A stretch of DNA of 64,000 nucleotides from a virus. The stretch lies in the IMG/VR virus record IMGVR_UViG_3300022074_000002; one strand, 5' to 3'. The first letter of the stretch is position 1. Each line of letters opens with the position of its first letter. Of this stretch, positions 9,801 to 18,800 are shown piece after piece. Made by a program: the position numbers and the translations under genes. Under the pieces are notes generated by a model. That model saw nothing but the letters and a program-made list of their open reading frames with translations, had not been told where the DNA came from and did not search any database.

Positions 9801-12800
9801 TTTATTGCTAAGGAAGCATATGAGAGAATGAGAGCAGCATATCCATCATACACACCATCTACAGGAAATACAGCACAAGATTGCTTAGATGACATCTATG
9901 ATGTGTTACGTGATGTAATGTGGGATGTTAAGTTTGGTGGTAACTATAAGACATATTCTATTGCTAAAGGTTACATCACTAATGACTTTAATGGTAAGAC
10001 ATATCCACAGATCATTCAAGATGTAGAAAGAGACGAGGTAGCAAAGGTATTCCAAGAAGTTAAGAATGTTGCAATGCAAGTTATCAAGAATGAAACAGTC
10101 ACTGTTTCTGCTGGTAACGATCTAACACAAATCATTGACAATACAATCGTAGACGACTGGGATGATGAGGAACTATTACCTAAGTGTGGTTCAGCAGTCG
10201 CTGCTGTTGACTCATTGATGGACATCATCATCGGAGCAATCGGAACTGATGCTGGCGTTGGTAATCTTAATGGTATACAAAGGACAACTGCTGATGGTGC
10301 AGATCCTGGTTGGAACACAGCACTCAACATACTATCTGCAACTGCAACATCAATTACAATTAACGTTGGTGCATCACCAGCGGGCGAACAATACGCCCAT
10401 ACATTTGTTGCTGCACAGTCAGGTGCAGTCATATCTGGTGGTAACTATGATCATAAGTTTGTAAGTGCTACAACTGGTGCAGTCAATGTTGTTAACGGTG
10501 CACAAATAACACCAACCAACGCAACATATGATGCAACAAGTGGACTATTGGTAATGTACTTTGGATTTGCTCATGGCGTAACTACAGGTGATTCACTATC
10601 ATTAGATGATAACTCACTCACATTCTCATGTGGAATGGATCAGTATGGAACTACTAAGACATATCCTAGAGCAAGTGACCCAGTACAGGGACAGAATGTA
10701 AACCCAACTGCTGTTACAACTTATAGTATTACAATTAACGTTGGCACATCACCATTAGTTGAGCATAACGTATCAAATGCTGTATATGATCAAACAAGTG
10801 GACAACTTGCATTGACTATAGGTAACCATAGTCTAGCATCTGGTACATCAATTAAATTGAAGGAAGAGTCACTCATCTTTACATGTACTAAAGATCAGAA
10901 CAAGACATCACATGCATATCCAAGATCTGCTGGTAAGTATCAACCATCCACATATCAGGATGGTAACTGCTCTGATGTTTGTGCAACAGTCAATGCTTTA
11001 CTTGACATCCTTTGCAACTCTATTAATGATGGTAATTTAGATGCTCTACCTCCACTAAACAATGGTGAATGGGATTGTGCTAACGTTCGTAGTTCTATTG
11101 AGGTTCTATTTGATATTCTCAATGACGCAATCACTGACGGGACACTTGCTGGTCTACCCGTACTCAACACAGGTGACTTTACAATCAATAACGAAGCATC
11201 CAAGTGTTTCCGTGATGTCACATACATCGTTGATGCTGTTGTTAATGACCTTAGACTTGGTGGTAACTTAAACAGTATACAGGCTGGTGAAGCATATTAT
11301 GTTGGTAACAATCTAGAATACATTGATGGGGAGAAGACAGAAACACTAGACGCATGGGATTACGTTGGACAGATGGCAACTGCTGCCATGAGAAACTTCG
11401 ATGTTCTAGCATATAATTGTTCAACTAACTCTGGTTCTGCAATTGTAGATGTTAACGATACTCGTGGTATTATCATAGGTATGAGTGTTGTTGAATACAC
11501 TGCTGGATCTTATCGTGATGGAGACAATGCACCTGGCTTACTAGGTAACAGTCCAACTCCAGTTTACACAACAATACCACAAGGAACATATGTCAAGAGA
11601 ATTGTAAGTAACACACAAGTTGAACTTGGTGTCAATGGTTCTAGATTGACTGAGGGTGTGACTGTAAACGCACTACAGAATAGCACAACAATTGATCTAT
11701 ACTTTGTATATGAAAATGGTATCTGGGCAGACACATTACCAACAACTGTGACTGTAGGTCCTGAGTCAGAAGGTCCTGAAGTTATTGCTGATACAACCAC
11801 ATCACCATCAAGTAGAGAGTGTGCAGGAACAGCAAACGCCATTGAAACATTAGTCGGTAACATCACTACTATTATTAACAGTGGTCTTGGCACAGTCACT
11901 AGACAAGAACAAACAGTCAACACTGCACTGTTATCATCTAGAGCAACACTATTCACAATTGACGTTGCTGGTACAGGTCCTTCAAACCCACATAACTTTG
12001 AGACTGGAACTCCCGTAAGATTAGTTCCAAGACCCCGTTTCGATCAAGTAACTGGTAAGTATGTTGATGTTGACAAGCGTCTTGTTAGACTACCAAATGG
12101 ATTTGAAACTAACAGAACATATTATGTAATCGCACCAGGCAGAGTTACACAACCAGAAAACTATGGTGCAACAACACTATTCAATGGTAGTGATCAGACT
12201 AGATTGATGCTTGCAACATCCAAAGAAAATGCTGCTGCTGGTATCTACATCTATGCATCTGAGACAGATAGTATAGACAAGGATGTTGAGATTGATCTTT
12301 ATCAATTCGTTCTTGATGACAAGTATGATCTACACAACTACAGTGCAGAGTTAACAAATACAGTCAACGCTGGTATTATGACCAACGTTTCACATATATT
12401 TGACGTACCAAATGCAGGAACAACTCCACAGAAAGCATTCATCAGAGCAGTAGAAGGTGGTGTACTACCTCTAGTTTCTACAACTTATGCAAATGATTCA
12501 TCTGTTGCAGTTACTGATCCACAAAATTCTGCTATCGGTAGAATTAATCCTAACGTTGAGTTCTTCACTCGTTACCAGAACAGTAAGGTAATCACATTAC
12601 ACAAGTCACATGCTGATGCTATTAACAATGTAAATCCAATTACATTTGCATCTGGTCAGAGTGGAACTAAGTTTGATGTATTTGCTAACAAACGTCGTTC
12701 ACCAATGAAGTTTGATCCTGGCTTTACTGACGCTACCGCAACAAGTGGTAAATGGTACATTCAATGTAGGGATGAAGTTACTGGACAACCAGATAACGTC

Positions 12801-15800
12801 AAGAAAAATAATATATTCTGGAGAATTAAGGAGTCAGACTACGCAGACAGACAAAGATCCACTGACATGTGGTATCAGCGTCTAGAAGACAATCGTATTG
12901 CTGATGAGAGAACATACAAACTTCGTATGGTTATTCCTAGTTACTTACAGAACGCTAGAGATCCTATCAATGGATTTGTTATTAAGACTAGAACTGACGA
13001 CACACGTAAGTTAGTACCACAGAAGATCCTACTAAAACCAGTTGTTGGTAGTGTATATGGTGCTAGATTCCAGAACCCAGTTGATGCTGGTGAATTTATT
13101 GGTGATACATCTGGATCATACGATCCATACAGAAGAGACACAACAGGTGCTGGTATTGAATACAGAGCATTTGCTAAGTTCACATCTGGTATCCAAGCAA
13201 CAATCGAGTCTGGACGTAAAGTTAAGGACATATTAGATGACAGCATTGAATACTTAGAACTAACACTATTTGATCATGGTGTCGATACTAAGAACTTCCC
13301 TGGCTTAAGAAACGAGACATTTACTACAGTTAAGATCACATCACCACAGGGTGGTAACTTCGTAACAAGCAAAGTAAATAATCTTGCATCATCTACCAAC
13401 GCAGTTTCATTTGCTGGTAACTCATCAGGTCTTGCAAATATCCATGCTTACTACACCATAAATGGTGAGCATTATATTATCATCAAGAATATTCGTGGTG
13501 GTGATCTAGTTTATAGTGAGTACGCCAATACAAGATTTACTCAAGGCACAGTCTTTGCTGACATGCTAGAGGATCAGGATATGGGCAAATCACTACCTCT
13601 TAAGACCCAAATTGCAAAAAATAATCCCCAGTTTTTCTACAAGCAAAACGGTGCGAACGTTTACACAATCACACCTGGCGACAGAATACAAGATGACGCT
13701 GGTGTAGAATACTATGTTGATAGTGTTGATGATGTTGGTGTTATTGAAGATACATTCTATATCTTCGGATATGAGACATTACAACAACGTATCTCAGGTC
13801 AGCAGGATGGTATTTACTATCTAACTGCACTACGTGGTAATATCTCACCATTCCCAACTGGTGCTGGTGTAACTAACAACTTTAAGAAGTTTAAGTTCTC
13901 ACAACCAGTCGGTAAACTATATCCTCTAAACTATAGAAACGATCCTCTTTGGTTCAACAACTCTGGTACAACACAGAAAGAGAAAGATTACTATGCTGGA
14001 TTAATTGATCCACCACAAGCATACTCTGCTGCTGATAACTATGTACATGGTGCTGTTACAGTCAACGATTTCAAAGGATCAACAACCAGAGAAATGGTTG
14101 CAGACTTGACAGAACAACCAGCGTTTATCGAAAGATCATATACAATTGAAGCACAAAGTGGTAACGCTGCATCAGGATCTGAACAAAGAAAGATACCGAT
14201 TGGTGGTAATGGTGCTGTATCAATAACAGATACGAAATACTACGTCGAACTTAGACGACCATCTATCGCAAGAGCAGGAAACCACACATTTGAATACCTC
14301 GGTTTCGGTCCAGGTAACTACAGTACTGGTTTACCAGCAAGACAAGAAGTTGTACTCACACCAGACGAAGACTTCTACGCACAGTCCAAGAAACAAGACG
14401 GTGGTATTGTATTCTACACTGGTATCAACTCACAAGGTGACTTGTATATTGGTAACAGAAGAATCAATGCTATCACTGGTGAAGAGACATTCATAGACAG
14501 GGCAACACTTGTAGATGATGGAGATGAGGATGATACACTAGGAGGATTAGTTACTACCTTCGATACTCCTGTAACATTCAACCAGAATATTACAGTTGTT
14601 GGTGGTGACGGTGAATTGGTGAACACATTTGAATCACCTATCACCATTGCTGTTCAAGATTCTGATCTTACACAGGCACGTGATGCTTTGATCATTCGTT
14701 CAAATGTCACATCTGTTGATCCAGTTACACAACTAGAACAGGATGAAGGACTAGACAGAACTTCATTCTCACCTCCAACTGAGGGTGACATCAGAATTAG
14801 TAAGAACACAATTAAATCTGCTGTATTCCAGTTTAATGCTAGAGGTAATGGTCAGGGATACTTATTCCAGACACATACTGTAGCGGGTGTTGCTTCTAAC
14901 ATCACACCTAATCAATCTCCATTGATTGCAAACGGCGGATCTAGAATAAACGCAGGACAGTTTGTAAATTATGGTGGTGTATTAGCAAAAACAGGCGATG
15001 TATTACTTAAGGGATCTGAAATAGGTAAGAGTGGTTCTCTTGGTTGGATCCTCGCTAACTACTTTGCACAGATTGCTAACAATAGTATTGACAATATTGT
15101 GTTTGATGGATCAAACGTTGTTAAATTAGAGTTCAGAGACTTTAATAGTGGCGTTGCTCTTACTAACCAAGAGATTGGAATTACATCTAGTTCACAGATT
15201 AGAATTAAGAACTTCTACTATGATCCTAGATTAAATCTAACATGGCAGATATATGCTGCTAAACCTGGCGATCCATTCTCACCAACAAATAACTACTGTC
15301 ATTTCCAAGTTATTGATCAGATTCCACAGGCAACACAACCATGGGAGACAATCATTGCTGGAACTGCTGTAGGAGCGACAGCACCTACCATTGAGTTCTC
15401 TAACTCTAACTTCAAGGAAGTTGGTGTATTAGGTGGTGAAGCATTAAGAACAGAGACAGAAACTATTGGTGATTACAAGTTAGGTATTAACACAGTCGCA
15501 AGAGCACCACACAGTGCATATGAAAATGCGTTTGTTGATAACCTTACAACAGATCCACGTGCTAACTTAGATGTTGTTGGTACAGCATTCATCAGTGGTA
15601 GAACAACTGCTGACTTCTTACAGCATACACAGTTTGCTGATCGTGATAAGACTGCTGTTGACAATGCATTATTAGTTGGTGGAGATAGTTCTGCTCCTAA
15701 TGACATATCAGTATTCAGAATAGCAACTACAAACAGTGGTCGTGTTGGTATCAATGTAAGTAATGCTAACCTAGACAGAGCTCTGGTTGTAGCAGGAACA

Positions 15801-18800
15801 TCAAGATTCACTGCTGATGCTAGATTTGAGCATGACATCGAAGTTAATGGCGATGGTGTAATTGCTGAGATCAGAACATCACAGACAACAGGAACATTTA
15901 ACCTAGTCGATGATACTACATTCGTTGGTACATTAAACATAGGTAGTCAGGTTACAACTGCTAATCTATTCAATGATAGCACTGCAGATCAGTTCATATA
16001 TGTTGGTGGTTCATCTGCACACAGTAACCTATGGTTAGGTGCAACACCTGACAGTGCTGGCACTAGCATTTCTAAGGTAGAAATTGGTGGTGCATATGCT
16101 AACACTAACGAAGACTTATCATACACCAAGATCAAGACTAGAAACTTGAGAGTTGATGGTGATATGTGGTTAGGATTCCGCAGAGCAAGTGGTGATACTG
16201 TTGAACTTAAGTCTCAAGCATCACAGGTTGATTTCTTCTCCAACTCTGGAGGACCTTCAATCATTAACTTTGCTACTAACGCATCTGAAATTAATGTCGC
16301 TGGTCAGGGTGGTAAGACTACTATCAATAACCAGTTAGAAGTTATTGCATCTGCTAAGTTTAATGGTGATGTCCATCTTTGTGGTGGTGTTGCATCATTC
16401 GCATTTACTGGTGGAAGAGCACAGTTAGGAACAGATATAGTTTCACATGAAGATGGTATTATATCACAGGCATTATTCAATAAGAACGTTGACATCTTAA
16501 ATGTACTCGTAAAACAGACAAACGAAGAAGGATACAACCAAGTTGATACTGCTGGTGCAGGACAATGGGGTGGAGCATCATATCAGAACTCAATCAATAC
16601 TGGTGGAGCAGTTGAACCAATTATATTATCTGGTCTATCTGGCGATGAGTACTACTTACCACTTAAGTTTGCTCCAGTCAAAGCAAATGGCGATCCATAC
16701 TTTGGAACTAACGACTATATCATAGTTGATAGTGCTACTGTTGGTGCAGGATCATCTGCAACCAGTCATCCAGAGATTCTACAAGTTGTAGAACTTACAA
16801 GAATAAGTGAAGCACCTTACTACATCAAAGTCAAGCGTCAACCATTTGGTGCATTTGGTGGTGTATTAAGTAATCACGTTGATACTACACCAATATACAA
16901 GGTTAACGTACAGTTTGATGCTACATGGACAGAGCAAGCACTTGACAATGATACCAGTGCAACTGATAGTGTATACTTATCTGAGTTTGGTGGTAATCTA
17001 ACAAGCAATGATTACATCATTGTTGACAGAGATGATTCACCAAAAGTTCCAGAATATATCAAGGTTATTACATCATTAGATCAGCAAGTACAGAAGTTTA
17101 GAGTTTCTAATTGTGCTGACCCAGACTTAGATGTATTTGAAGTTAACTCTGTAACAGGTGAGGTACAAATTGGTAACCCAGCCGTACCTGGTTCTATTGT
17201 TACAATCAATTCATCACTCAATATGTCTGGTGGATGTGGTACTCTCAGTGATATTTCATTCTTAGGTGATGCTGCTGCTGGATCAAATGTAATTACTAAC
17301 GTATCAATTACAACTTCTGGTAAGACAATCAATGATATTAAGAAGGGCGATGTTCTATCTGTCGTTACAGATTCATCACCACTCTTTTTACTACAAGATA
17401 CTGCTGTTGACTTTGTATTTGGTGGTGCTATTTACTTAACATCCAATATTATTGGAGCACAGTCAGTAACTGGAACTACATTCAGAGCAAGCAGGAACGA
17501 AAGACTGACTACAACTGATGGTGGACTCAACACTACATTTGATGTTGATACATGCTCAGGAACAACAACAATCGGAACACATGCTGGTAGATTTGATGTC
17601 AACTTAGCATGGTCTAGCAGTGGTAGTATTCTTACAAATGCTGATCTACCAACAGCATTGAATGCATCAGAGATAATCACATATGGTTACTACGCAGATC
17701 CACAGTCAATACAGGGTAATGGTCCTAATACAACTATTATATCAACTGCTGCTGGTAACAGTGCATCTGTTTTACAGATTGCAGTTCAATCTCTTGGAGA
17801 AGGAACTGGTAAGTTTGCGATAGGAGACTTAATTGCTGTAGGACCTCTAGCATCATTCACAGGTGTAACTGGTCAGATTGAATTTATGACAATCACTGAT
17901 GTTGTAGATGGAACGAATACAATCGTTGCAACTAGAGCACAGGAAGGAACAGTCAACATGAGTCACAGTGCTGCTGATGTTGTTAGAAGAGTTATCAAAC
18001 ATGAGACACAATCTCTCGTAACTGATGCTCAGATCAGACAAAGATTAGTTGCTGGTGTAAGTAATGATTATCTCTCTGTAATACTAGAGAGAGGATATAT
18101 CTCACAATCTAAACTGGACTACAAACAGTGGTTAAGATTTAGAAATACAACTACTGGTGTTGAAATTCTTGGAATTGTAACTGGTAGATTATATGGTAAG
18201 ACTCATACATCAGTGATGAATGAGCAAGTTGGTGATGGTGCTAAGTCATATAGAGAGGGTAGTCTAAATGTCACAGATAACCTAACACTAGCGGGTGGTA
18301 ACTTTGTAATTTACGATAGTGTTAAACAGACAAAACTATTCCACTTTGTTAATGATGACGGACATGCTGATCACCAAGGTCTATTATATTGGGATGCTGG
18401 TGTACTTGCTAGAGGAGACTTCTTCTTATATCCATCATCCTGCCCAGAAAACGTTCTCCTAACATTAAATTGCACACCATCATTCTCAGTTGACAACTTA
18501 GGTAACGTAACTGCTAAGACAACTCTAACAGTCACAGGTGTATCATCAGCATCACCAACAGAGTCAGATGTATTCTCAGTACAGAATCTAGGTATAAATG
18601 GTGGTAGTGAATACACTATCAAACAAGATCGTTCGATTGATGCATTCGGATTAACAAACTTCACTACATCAAGTGGTGCAAGACATACAAGATACTTATC
18701 CGCAGCGTCACCAGAAGCAGATCTATCATTGATTGCAAATATAATATACATGGTCAATGTTCAGAATACACAAACATTAATTGTTACACTACCAGCAGCA

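Noticed and set aside
4589-18757. Many short minus-strand and off-frame ORFs inside the 5076-aa gene
   Set aside because: Shadow ORFs from codon bias of a long uninterrupted gene; no promoters, RBS or motifs
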